Numbered from the stretch's first letter, positions 27,000 through 36,249 are shown. The stretch: 64,000 bases of DNA from Solirubrobacterales bacterium (GCA_035764245.1 DASTZP010000004.1:54171-118170); one strand, 5' to 3'. The notes: generated by a model not told the origin, from the sequence alone. Program-made: numbers and translations.

Positions 27000-27298
27000 C
27001 GTTTCCGGGCTGGGCTCAAATAGCCATAGCGATGAATCCAAGTTTGGAAATGAGCCGGCGCGAGCTGCTTGGGGCGGTGATTGCCGCTTCACAAGCGGGA
27101 CTGGCGAGCGATCTCGCAGACGCAGCGCACTTCGAGAAGGGTCAATCGACTGCGTTTTCACGCCTAGGGGCAGGACAGAACCGAAGTCATCAAGGCGGTA
27201 GTCGAAGCCTGCCGTTCGACACCGAGTCCGCAATTACCCGTGTAGAGCACGGGTTTTCGCGGACTCGCAGGAATCCACCCTTCCCTGCCCAGCGGGGG

Positions 27299-29521
27299 TT
27301 AGCCCTTTTGGCGGATTACCTTGAAGTTGGCGGTCGCCGGGGTGGCGTCAATGCCGCCGGGGCCGATGGCGCGGACCGAGAGCTTGTGCTTGCCCGGTTT
27401 GACCTTGAAGGTCTTCGGTGAGCGACAGGGCTTGTAGGGGCCCTTGTCGAGCTTGCATTCGAAGGTGGCGCCGGCGACGGTGGAGGAGAAGGTGAACTTC
27501 ACCTTCAGCTTTGCCTTTTTGGTGACGACCTTGGCGCCCGGGTGGACGCCGATCTTGGTGTCTGGGACGGGCGGCGGCGACGGGGATGGCGGGTTCGAGT
27601 TGCCGCCACCACCGCTCGGGCAGGGGTTGCCGGCGGCGACGGTCGCCTTCAGCGCTTTGGCGCCTTCGTCGAGACTGGTGGCGAAGACCTTGCCGCATGG
27701 GAGCTCTGGGTTCACGGTGGCCTGAGCGAACTGGCCGGTGGCGCTGCCGCCGTAGGTAAGGAAGGGAACGCTGTCGCCGATCGCGGCAGAGGCGGCGAAG
27801 GCATTGGTGGGGGCTAGCGCCAAGGTGCCGTCGAGGTTGGCGCTGCCGCCGAGGGCGAGGGTGTCGTGCTGGCCCGCCCCGGTCCCGGCCACCTCGATCT
27901 CGAGCCGGCCGCCGGCGGCCTGGACGTAGCTGCCGGTGATGCTCAGCGTTCCCGGGCTTTCGCCTGGTGCGACGACGCCGCTGTTTTCGACCGAGCCGTT
28001 GATCGTGCCGCTGCCGGTGATGCGGCCGGCGTTGGTAAAGGTCCCGGAGTTGACCGAGCCGATGACGCGGAGCGTCTGGCCGGCGGCGAGGTTGCCGGTC
28101 ATCGGCGTTCCGACGCCATCCACCTGAACAATGCCGGCGCCGGTTCCGGTGTAGCTGAGATCGCCGCAAGGGATCCGCACCGGTGCGCTGCCGCTGGTAG
28201 TGCCGGCGCCCTGCTCGTAGTGGCGTACCTCCAGATGACCGCTACCGGTTCCGGTGATCGAGCCGCCGGTGTCGTTCTTGACCCGGGCCGCCGCATCTGC
28301 GCAGGAATCGCCGGCTGACGTCACCTTCTTTTCGTCGGCGATGTTGATCGCGCCTTTGTTGGCTACCGGCCCCTTGAGGGCGGCGCTCTGGTTGAAGCTC
28401 ATGGTCCCGGTGTTGACGAGGGTACCGTCGGAATTGGGGCCCAGCGACGCCCCGGTCCCCGAGGAGGCGGCGACGGTGAAGGTGCCGGCGTTGACGAAGT
28501 CCTTGTCGTTGACGTTGAAGCCCGCGCCCCCGCCCCCGCTCATGTCGCCGTTGCAGCCGAAGGCCGGGCAGGTGAGGGTGATCGAGCCGTTGTTCGTGAA
28601 GTTGCTCTGCAGGGCCGCGTTGGTGTTGTTGCTCTCGTGGCTGATCGTCAGGCTCTGGCCCGCCTGCATTTCGCCGGTCAGGTTGAAGCCGCCGGTGGCG
28701 CGGATCTCGCTGGCGCCGTCGCCGACGTAGCTGAGGGTGCCGCCGCAGGGGATCTGGACGTCTTTGGTGACCCCGTCCCCCTGCACGAAGTTGCGGACGC
28801 TGAGGACGCCGGTCGAGGCGCCGTCGATGAGGCCGTCAGTGTCGTTTTTGACCGAGGCGCCGGGGTCGCCGCAGGAGGCACCGCTGTTGGTGGCGGTGGC
28901 GCCGTCGACGATGCTGATGGTGCCCTGGTTCACCACCGTCCCGCCGAGGCTGCCGCTCTGTTCGAAGGCGATCGTCCCGGTGTTGGTGATCGCGCCGCCG
29001 ACCACGGCCCCGCCGCCGGTGTTGGCGTCGACCTTGACCGTCCCCGCGTTGGCGAAGGGGCTGGCGCCGCTGTAGATGTCGGGGCCACCATTGGGGCAGC
29101 CGCCCGGCAGGCAGGTGAGCGTCACCGAGGCGCCGGCGGCGATCGTGATCCCGGCGGGCTGCGCGTCGAGGTTCGTGTTCGGGCTCTGATCGGAGATGAC
29201 GAGCTGTGGCGTCGAGAGGGCGCCGCCGAGCTGGAGCGACTTCACGTTGATGCCGCCGGTCATGGTGATGACGTCGCTGCCCGCGGAGGCGATCGTTACG
29301 TCGCAGGCTCCGGTCGGCGTCCCGTTGCTCCAGTTTTCCGCCCCCATGTTGCCGCTGCCGCCGAGCCAGGCCGTAGCGAAGACCCCGGGGGTGACCGGGC
29401 ATGAAGCCGCCGAGGCGCTCGAGGGAAGGGCCGCTGCCGCCGCGATCGCGACCAACCCCGTCAAGAGGGCAAGGCGCAGAATCGCTCGGCGGGCCTTGAA
29501 TTGACTGGTAAAAGGCCTCAC
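27299..29521 (-). CDS. large secreted beta-helix-type surface protein with autotransporter-passenger-like motif and C-terminal Ig-like domain
   Basis: Signal peptide RLALLTGLVAIAAAAALPSSASA. Two ~190-aa Cys-containing modules of the form (ITLTC..GC.., NAGT, TNTGT, SC.D...VKNDT.G, IPCG.LSY). Also APGESPGTLSITGSYVQAAGGRLEIEVAGTGAGQHDTLALGGSANLDGTL. A Pro-rich linker leads to FTFSSTVAGATFECKLDKGPYKPCRSPKTF. Confidence 0.8.
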   Translation of the reverse strand: MRPFTSQFKARRAILRLALLTGLVAIAAAAALPSSASAASCPVTPGVFATAWLGGSGNMGAENWSNGTPTGACDVTIASAGSDVITMTGGINVKSLQLGGALSTPQLVISDQSPNTNLDAQPAGITIAAGASVTLTCLPGGCPNGGPDIYSGASPFANAGTVKVDANTGGGAVVGGAITNTGTIAFEQSGSLGGTVVNQGTISIVDGATATNSGASCGDPGASVKNDTDGLIDGASTGVLSVRNFVQGDGVTKDVQIPCGGTLSYVGDGASEIRATGGFNLTGEMQAGQSLTISHESNNTNAALQSNFTNNGSITLTCPAFGCNGDMSGGGGAGFNVNDKDFVNAGTFTVAASSGTGASLGPNSDGTLVNTGTMSFNQSAALKGPVANKGAINIADEKKVTSAGDSCADAAARVKNDTGGSITGTGSGHLEVRHYEQGAGTTSGSAPVRIPCGDLSYTGTGAGIVQVDGVGTPMTGNLAAGQTLRVIGSVNSGTFTNAGRITGSGTINGSVENSGVVAPGESPGTLSITGSYVQAAGGRLEIEVAGTGAGQHDTLALGGSANLDGTLALAPTNAFAASAAIGDSVPFLTYGGSATGQFAQATVNPELPCGKVFATSLDEGAKALKATVAAGNPCPSGGGGNSNPPSPSPPPVPDTKIGVHPGAKVVTKKAKLKVKFTFSSTVAGATFECKLDKGPYKPCRSPKTFKVKPGKHKLSVRAIGPGGIDATPATANFKVIRQKG

Positions 29522-29586
29522 CAGGCGGCGACCGTATCACCGGAAGAAGCCGGCAAAGAATCGACTGTGCCGCTCTCGTCCTTTTT

Positions 29587-30021
29587 TCAGCCGTCGCCAG
29601 CGCGGTCCGCGGTCTGGCTGGCCGCCGCCGAGGGCTCCCAGAAGTCCTCGACCTTCTCCGAGTCGGAGGTCTCGATCTTCCGCGAGACCGCCCACAGCTC
29701 GACCGGCTCGTCGCCGAGGTTGCGGTGCGAACGGACGGTTCCCGGAGCGACGCGCACGACCGAGCCGGCGGGCACCTCCCGGACGTCGTCTCCGAAGCGC
29801 ATCGTCAGCGTCCCGCGGCCGACTACGTAGAGCTCCTCCTGCTGCTCGTGCCGGTGCCCGGTGCCCTGCTCGAAGTCCGCGTGCGGCGGGACCCGGATCA
29901 GGGTCACCGCGACCTGCTCCGCGCCCAAGGCGTCGGTCAGCGCCCGGAACTCACCCGGCACGTCGGCGTCGGCATAGGCGTCTTCGATCGCGTCCGCGTC
30001 GACGATCGAGTAGTCGCTCAT
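29587..30021 (-). CDS. cupin domain protein
   Basis: GHRHEQQEELYVVGRGTLTMRFGDDVREVPAGSVVRVAPGTVRSHRN is a cupin motif pair. Confidence 0.75.
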   Translation of the reverse strand: MSDYSIVDADAIEDAYADADVPGEFRALTDALGAEQVAVTLIRVPPHADFEQGTGHRHEQQEELYVVGRGTLTMRFGDDVREVPAGSVVRVAPGTVRSHRNLGDEPVELWAVSRKIETSDSEKVEDFWEPSAAASQTADRAGDG

Positions 30022-30113
30022 GCGGCTCCCCCTACCCGGTCCGTGCGCTTTCTCACTGTCGCGGCGAAAATCGTCCGAGTACGTTGGAACAGGAACTCGA
30101 GCGAGGAGGCAGC

Positions 30114-31457
30114 ATGAGGTCAGGCACCGCCCTACCCCCCGGCCCGTCGATGCCGGCGGCGCTGCAGATGGTCGGCTTCTGGACCCGGCCCCTCGCCTTC
30201 CTCGAGCGCTGCCGCGAGCGCTACGGCAGGCGCTTCACCCTGCGGCTGCCCGCCTCTCCCCCGTTCGTGATGATCGCCGACCCGGAGGAGATCAAAGCGG
30301 TCTTCACGGCCCCGCCCGACGTGCTTCGTCCGGGCGAAGGGGCGCGGGTGCTGGAACCGATCGTCGGCCGCAACTCGGTCCTGCTGCTCGACGAGGACGC
30401 CCACATGGAGCAGCGCAAGCTGATGCTGCCGGCCTTCCACGGTGAGCGGATGGAGCGGCTGACCGGGCTGATGGAGGAGGTGACGGCGGCGGAGGTGGCG
30501 ACGATCCCCCGCGGCGTCCCGCTGGCGCTCCACCCCCACACCCAGGACCTGACCCTGCGGATCATCCTCCGCGCCGTCTTCGGCGTCGACCCAGGCGCCC
30601 GCTTCGACGCCCTGCGGGAGCGCCTGCAGGCGATGCTCGAGTTCGGCGACCGCCCGATCAGCCTGATGCCGCCGCCGGCCGAGAGCCTGGCGGCGCGGGT
30701 GGCCGAACGGGTCGGCCCCTTCGCCGGGTTCGTGCGCATGCAGGAAGAGGTGGACGAGCTGATCTTCGCCCTGGTCGCCGAGCGGCGGGCGAGCGAGGAG
30801 GACCGCGACGACGTCCTCGCGATGCTGTTGGAAGCGACCCACGAGGACGGCTCGCCGATGAGCGAGGAAGAGATCCGCGACGAGCTGATGACGCTGCTGA
30901 TCGCCGGCCACGAGACGACCGCCTCGACCCTCGCCTGGGCCTTCGAGCGGCTGGTCCGCGAGCCGGCGGTACTGGAGCGCCTGGTCGCCGCGGTTGACGC
31001 CGACGACGACGCCTACCTCACCGCGACCATCCAGGAGACCCTGCGCGACCGGCCGGTGCTCCCCAACGCGGCGCCGCGCCTGGTCGCGAAGACGGTGACG
31101 GTCGGCGACTGGACCTACGAGCCAGGGGCCGCCCTCGTCGCCAACAGTTACCTGGTCCACCATGACCCCGAGATCTACCCCGACCCCCACGCCTTCCGCC
31201 CCGAGCGCTTCCTCGACACCTCACCCGGCACCTACACCTGGATCCCCTTCGGCGGCGGCCGCCGCCGCTGCCTCGGCGCCAGCTTCGCGATGCTGGAGAT
31301 GAAGGTGGTCCTCCGCGCCCTCTTGACCACCTGCGAGCTGCGCGACACCGGCGACGGCGTCGAGGTGGCCCAGCGCCGCAACATCACCGTGCGGCCCGCG
31401 CGCGGTGGACGGGTCATGGTCGCCGAGCGCGAGCGAGTCCCGGCGCGCGGCCACTAG
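30114..31457 (+). CDS. cytochrome P450
   Basis: Heme loop FGGGRRRCLGASFA, I-helix AGHETT and an ExxR region. The ATG at 30114 is preceded by gaggagg. Confidence 0.9.
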   Translation: MRSGTALPPGPSMPAALQMVGFWTRPLAFLERCRERYGRRFTLRLPASPPFVMIADPEEIKAVFTAPPDVLRPGEGARVLEPIVGRNSVLLLDEDAHMEQRKLMLPAFHGERMERLTGLMEEVTAAEVATIPRGVPLALHPHTQDLTLRIILRAVFGVDPGARFDALRERLQAMLEFGDRPISLMPPPAESLAARVAERVGPFAGFVRMQEEVDELIFALVAERRASEEDRDDVLAMLLEATHEDGSPMSEEEIRDELMTLLIAGHETTASTLAWAFERLVREPAVLERLVAAVDADDDAYLTATIQETLRDRPVLPNAAPRLVAKTVTVGDWTYEPGAALVANSYLVHHDPEIYPDPHAFRPERFLDTSPGTYTWIPFGGGRRRCLGASFAMLEMKVVLRALLTTCELRDTGDGVEVAQRRNITVRPARGGRVMVAERERVPARGH

Positions 31458-31630
31458 GCGCTAACTGCCTGATCAATCGGTCCCGGCAACAGACACGTTG
31501 CTGTTTCACCTAGTACTGCTGCGTACCTCTTTGTCTGTGGTTCGCTCAAATGGGACTGCGTAAATAGCGAGCGGGCTCCGCCCACCGCCATAACGCGATC
31601 CGGCGCGCAGGCGCCATTGAAGGAGCAACC

Positions 31631-32257
31631 ATGAAACATGCAAGGACCCTCGGCCTCGTCGCTCTGGCGATCACGGCCCTCACCGCCTTTGCCGGCGTCT
31701 CGTCGGCCTCGGCAGCACAGTTCAAAGCAAATGGCTCGCCAGTGATGCTCTTCGGCCAGGATGATCACCAAGACACGTTCACCATCGACGGGGAACCGAT
31801 CTCCTGCCTAGCACAGTTCGAAAACAGCTCGCTGGCCATGCCTACCAATACCCTTACTGTCTCCGCCGTCTATTCCAAATGTGGCAACGCCTTTTTTGGT
31901 TGGAATATCAATATGGGCAATTGCGTATTCGAATTCCTTCAGCCCAACGCCGAACTCAGGGGCAACCTGGCAATTCGCTGTAGCGGAGCCGCCAAAATGA
32001 CGATGAAAACGTCCATATTCGGTGGGGAATGCGAAGTGTCAATCGGTGAAACCGGCAACACCAACTTGCCGTCGATCGGTTACAGCAATAACAACGGCCG
32101 GATCTCCATGTCGATCGGAGTGAGTGAAATTACTGCTAACAAACTGAAAGACAATCCAATTTGCCTTTTGAACGGTACCGGTGAAACCAAAAGTTTGTCC
32201 TACTATGGTCCGCTCGTCCTGGAAGGCACAAGCGGCATCGGCATCTCGGTCGGCTAG
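31631..32257 (+). CDS. secreted six-cysteine protein (paralogue of the N-terminal domain of 37630..38889)
   Basis: RBS gaaggag. Signal peptide MKHARTLGLVALAITALTAFAGVSSASA. Lower-GC codon usage. It shares the blocks FGGECEVSIGETGNTNL and NPICLLNGTGET with the 419-aa protein. Confidence 0.7.
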   Translation: MKHARTLGLVALAITALTAFAGVSSASAAQFKANGSPVMLFGQDDHQDTFTIDGEPISCLAQFENSSLAMPTNTLTVSAVYSKCGNAFFGWNINMGNCVFEFLQPNAELRGNLAIRCSGAAKMTMKTSIFGGECEVSIGETGNTNLPSIGYSNNNGRISMSIGVSEITANKLKDNPICLLNGTGETKSLSYYGPLVLEGTSGIGISVG

Positions 32258-32288
32258 GACCGCACCGAAGATCCACCTCGAGGCACGC

Positions 32289-32324
32289 GACGACGAAGGG
32301 CCGGGAAACCGGCCCTTCGTCGTC
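32289..32324 (+). terminator. strong hairpin downstream of the six-Cys gene
   Basis: gacgacgaagggccgg-gaaa-ccggcccttcgtcgtc is a perfect 16-bp stem with a GNRA-like loop. It has no T-tract. It starts 32 nt after the stop. Confidence 0.5.
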
Positions 32325-32389
32325 ACCCACGCGGAGCACCGCAGCAGTCGCCGTGGGATAGTGAGCGTGGGAACGATCGAGGAGGGAAA

Positions 32390-34201
32390 ATGTCGCTCGA
32401 AGCAGCAGACCGTGGAACCAGGCCAAAGGCGCTCGAGGCGCCGACTGTCGCCGCCGCCTTTCAGGTGACCGCCGCCGATAACGCCGAGGCTAACGCGCTC
32501 CGCACCAAGGGCGACGAGGTCACGGTCAGCTGGGGCGAGTACGCGGAGCGGGTGCGGGGCGTCGCCGCCGGCCTCGCGGCGCTCGGGGTCGGACGCGGCG
32601 ACACGGTCGGGATCATGCTCACCAACCGGCCCGAGTTCCATTTCGCCGACACCGGGGCGATGCATCTAGGGGCGACGCCCTTCTCCGTCTACAACACCTC
32701 AAGCCGGGAGCAGATCGAGTTCCTCCTCGGCGACGCCGCCAGCCGGGTCGTCTTCACCGAGGCGGAGTTCCTCGAGACGGTCCTGGCGGCGCGCGACGCC
32801 GTCGGCGCACTCGAGCACGTGGTCGTCGTCGACGGCGAGGCGAGCGGCGGGGCGATCTCCCTCGCCGAGCTGGAGGCCATGGGCGACCCCGGGTTCGACT
32901 TCGAGGCCGCCTGGCGGGCGGTCCAGCCCACGGACCTGGCGACCCTGATCTACACCTCGGGCACCACCGGCCCGCCGAAGGGCGTGCAGCTGACCCACGC
33001 CAACGTGATGGCAGCCTTCAACTCCTTCGACGAGGTGCTGCGGCTCGATAGCTCCTCGCGGCTGATCTCATGGCTGCCGATGGCCCACATCGCCGAGCGC
33101 AACGCCACCCACTACGCGCCGATCGCCTTCGGCGCCAGCGTCACCTGCTGCCCGGACCCGCGCCAGGTCGTCGCCTACCTGACCGAAGTGCGCCCGGCCT
33201 GGTTCTTCGCCGTGCCGCGGGTGTGGGAAAAGATGAAGGCGGCGCTGGAAATCGGGATCGCCGCCGACCCCGACCCCGAGCGCCAGAAAGCGGTCGACCA
33301 GGCGCTGGAGATCGGGCGGCGGCGGGTCGAGATCGAACAGGCCGGCGAGGAGATGCCGGCGGACCTCGCCGAGGAGCACGCTCGCGCCGACGAGCAGGTC
33401 CTCTCCGAGCTGCGGGCCCGCGTCGGCCTCGACGAGGTCGAGGTGGCGAACGTCGGCGCGGCGCCGACCCCGCGCGAGGTGATCGAGTTCTTCCTCGCGA
33501 TCGGGGTGCCGCTGGCGGAGCTCTGGGGCCTCTCGGAGACGACCGGCGTCGGCGCCTGCAACCTCCCCGGCGCGATCCGGGTCGGCACCGTCGGCCCGGC
33601 CGCCCCGGGGGTGGAGCTGAAGCTCGCCGACGACGGCGAGGTCCTGATGCGGGGCGGCACCGTGATGGCCGGCTACCGCAACGACCCCGAGAAGTCGGCC
33701 GAGGCGATCGACTCTGAGGGCTGGCTCCACACCGGCGACGTCGGCGAGATCGACGCCGAGGGCTACCTGCGGATCGTCGACCGCAAGAAGGAGCTGATCA
33801 TCAACGCGGCGGGCAAGAACATGTCCCCGGCCAACATCGAGGCGAAGATCAAGGCGCAGAGCCCGCTGATCGGCCAGGTCTGCGCGGTCGGCGACAACCG
33901 GCCCTACAACGTCGCGCTGATCGTCCTCGACCCAGACGTAGCCCCTGTCTTTGCCCAGCAGAACGGCATCGAGAACGCCTCGCTCGACGAGCTGGCCTCC
34001 GAGCCCGCGATCCGCACCGAGATCGAGGCCGCAGTCGAGCGCGGCAACGCCGGCCTCTCGCGGGTCGAGCAGGTGAAGCGCTTCGAGCTGCTGGCGGGCG
34101 AGTGGACGCCCGGGGGCGACGAGCTGACGCCGACGATGAAGCTGAAACGGCGGCCGATCGAGCGCAAGTACGAGGCCGAGATCGAGCGCCTGTACTCCTA
34201 A
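32390..34201 (+). CDS. AMP-dependent (long-chain) acyl-CoA synthetase
   Basis: AMP-binding motif IYTSGTTGPPKGV, plus GWLHTGDVGEIDAEGYLRIVDRKKELI and TPTMKLKRR. Confidence 0.9.
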   Translation: MSLEAADRGTRPKALEAPTVAAAFQVTAADNAEANALRTKGDEVTVSWGEYAERVRGVAAGLAALGVGRGDTVGIMLTNRPEFHFADTGAMHLGATPFSVYNTSSREQIEFLLGDAASRVVFTEAEFLETVLAARDAVGALEHVVVVDGEASGGAISLAELEAMGDPGFDFEAAWRAVQPTDLATLIYTSGTTGPPKGVQLTHANVMAAFNSFDEVLRLDSSSRLISWLPMAHIAERNATHYAPIAFGASVTCCPDPRQVVAYLTEVRPAWFFAVPRVWEKMKAALEIGIAADPDPERQKAVDQALEIGRRRVEIEQAGEEMPADLAEEHARADEQVLSELRARVGLDEVEVANVGAAPTPREVIEFFLAIGVPLAELWGLSETTGVGACNLPGAIRVGTVGPAAPGVELKLADDGEVLMRGGTVMAGYRNDPEKSAEAIDSEGWLHTGDVGEIDAEGYLRIVDRKKELIINAAGKNMSPANIEAKIKAQSPLIGQVCAVGDNRPYNVALIVLDPDVAPVFAQQNGIENASLDELASEPAIRTEIEAAVERGNAGLSRVEQVKRFELLAGEWTPGGDELTPTMKLKRRPIERKYEAEIERLYS

Positions 34202-34218
34202 GAGAGGAAGGAGCGAAG

Positions 34219-34689
34219 GTGCCGAACATCTACGAGCCGGAGTTCGAGGAGGGAAAGCGGCCCGAGGGCTTCAAATCGAGGCGGGCGCGCATCGGCGACG
34301 AGCTGGGGACGGAGCTGATCGGCTGCAGCTTTTGGGAGATCCCACCGGGCCAGGCCGCCTATCCGTACCACTACCACCACGCTGACGAGGAGTTGCTGAT
34401 CGTCCTCGAGGGCGAGCCCAGCCTCCGCACCCCGGAGGGGACGCGGGCCCTCTCCCCCGGCGAGGCGGTCGCCTTCCCGCTCGGCGAGGAGGGCGCGCAC
34501 CAGATCTCCAACCCCACCGAGCAGACCGTCACCCTGCTCGCGATCTCGAGCAGCGGCCGGCCCGACGTCATCGTCTACCCCGACACGGACAAGATCGGCT
34601 TCCGCGGTGGCGATCTGCGCGCCTTCTTCAGGCGCGGCGACAGGACCGACTACTGGGAGGGAGAGCGGTTCCCTCCGGCGGAGGAGTAG
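34219..34689 (+). CDS. cupin domain protein
   Basis: GTG start after aggaaggag. AYPYHYHHADEELLIVLEGEPSLRTPEG...GEAVAFPLGEEGAHQISN. Confidence 0.7.
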   Translation: MPNIYEPEFEEGKRPEGFKSRRARIGDELGTELIGCSFWEIPPGQAAYPYHYHHADEELLIVLEGEPSLRTPEGTRALSPGEAVAFPLGEEGAHQISNPTEQTVTLLAISSSGRPDVIVYPDTDKIGFRGGDLRAFFRRGDRTDYWEGERFPPAEE

Positions 34690-34693
34690 CCAC

Positions 34694-35365
34694 TTGCGCG
34701 AAGACGCCGTCGTCCTCTCCTGGAGCGGCGGCAAGGACTCCTCGCTCGCCCTCTGGGTCATGCGCGAGCAGCTCGGGATCGAGCCGGCGGCGCTGCTGAC
34801 CACCCTCACGGAAGACTTCGACCGGATCAGCATGCACGCCGTGCGCGGCGAGCTCCTCCGCGCCCAGGCGCAGGCGACCGGCGTGGAGCTGGTGGAGATC
34901 GGCATCCCGGCGAAGTGCTCGAACGAGACCTACGAAGCGCGGATGCGCGAGGCGCTCGCCCGACCGCCCCTGGACGAAGCCCGGACGATCGCCTTCGCCG
35001 ACCTCTACCTGGCCGACGTCCGCGCCTACCGGGAGGAGCGTCTGGCAGCCGCCGGCCGCGAGGCGCTCTTCCCCCTCTGGGGCCGCGACACCACCGCCCT
35101 CGCCCACGAGTTCATCGAGGCGGGCTTCGAGGCGACGCTCGTCTCCGTCGACCCGTCCCACCTGGACCCGTCATTCGTCGGCCGTCCCTATGACGAGTCC
35201 CTCCTGGCCGACCTCCCGCCCACCGCCGATCCCTGCGGCGAGAACGGCGAGTTCCACACCTTCGTCCACGCCGGGCCGATCTTCGACTCACCCCTCGCCG
35301 TGAAGCTGGGTGAGGTGGTGACGCGGGACGGCTTCGTCTTCCAGGACCTGCTCCCGGGCGACTAG
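34694..35365 (+). CDS. PP-loop ATP pyrophosphatase, Dph6/MJ0570-related (adenine nucleotide alpha hydrolase)
   Basis: VVLSWSGGKDSSLAL is a PP-loop (SGGKDS). Also FPLWGRDT and GENGEFHTFV. A TTG start is assumed. Confidence 0.65.
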   Translation: MREDAVVLSWSGGKDSSLALWVMREQLGIEPAALLTTLTEDFDRISMHAVRGELLRAQAQATGVELVEIGIPAKCSNETYEARMREALARPPLDEARTIAFADLYLADVRAYREERLAAAGREALFPLWGRDTTALAHEFIEAGFEATLVSVDPSHLDPSFVGRPYDESLLADLPPTADPCGENGEFHTFVHAGPIFDSPLAVKLGEVVTRDGFVFQDLLPGD

Positions 35366-36209
35366 GTCCGGCCCTCTAGCTCGACCGCCTCCTCCTCGTC
35401 GATGCGGAAGCCCTTTCCCGTCGCGGGGCCGGAGGACGTGACGCAGGTGATCCCGTCGGGAGCCGACGTGCAGCGGAATCCGTACAGCTCGCTCGACTGA
35501 CCGTAGGCAAGAACCGGGACGTTGGGAGCCCATTGCACGAAGCAGGTTTCGTAGACGCTGGGAGTCGCGACCTCGCAGAGCCTCACCGCTCCGGCGTGGG
35601 AGAGATGGGCGCTGTGCTGGGGGCCCCCGTTACGAGGCATGGAGTTGCAGCCCGCGTCGGACTCGCCGAGAAGGCACTGGACCTGTTTGTCCGGAGATGT
35701 GAACCATTCCGGGTTGAGGTAGTGGTAGGCCCAGCCATCGGCGACGAACCGGCTGCCGTTCCAGTGCCAGACCCTCGATTTCGTGCCTCCCGTCGGCACG
35801 CAGCGGGGGTCCGAGGGCCGGAGGATGTTCACCGTTTCCTCGATCTCGGACCCGACCTTGGCGAGTGACCGCTGGCCATTGCGCTGGTGGAAGACCATGT
35901 TCCAGCGGCCCGCGTGGCGCCGGAACACGGCCCAACCGGCCGTGCCCCCACAAGTGGCCGCCTTGAATGAGACCACCATCGCGTTGCTGCCCGGACCGAG
36001 GAACGAGCCGCAGAGCACCGGTCCTACTTGGGTGAACAGAGGGGCGAACGATGAAGCCGCGGATGTTCGCGAAGGACCGCCTTGGCGGCGGCGCGCGAGC
36101 ACTGCGCGGCTCCCTTCCCGGCGCTCTTCTGGGGCGCGCTCAACCCCACTCCCACCAGCAACGAGAGCATGAGCACCGCCACCGGGAAACACCTTCCGAC
36201 CCACAGCAT
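35362..36209 (-). pseudogene. secreted Cys-rich protein, with signal peptide and mature part in different frames
   Basis: Track ORF 36024..36209 encodes a signal peptide MLWVGRCFPVAVLMLSLLVGVGLSAPQ... Track ORF 35362..36204, in another frame, encodes the Cys-rich body (PVLCGSFLGPGSNAMVVSFKAATCGG..., FRCTSAPDGITCVTSSG). The switch is near the cccc run at about 36030-36050. This is either a frameshifted gene or a sequencing error. Confidence 0.4.
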
Positions 36210-36249
36210 CGCTCGATGCTCTCAGAGCCGGAGACCTACAGTGCGGTTT

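Noticed and set aside
26957-27421. A plus-strand ORF containing a twin-arginine-like MSRRELLGAVIAASQAGLA in the AT-rich gap next to the XRE gene.
   Set aside because: - The rest of the translation is non-protein-like.
- It runs 120 nt into the C-terminus of the strongly supported 740-aa gene on the other strand.
- It has no RBS. The Tat-like string is probably fortuitous.
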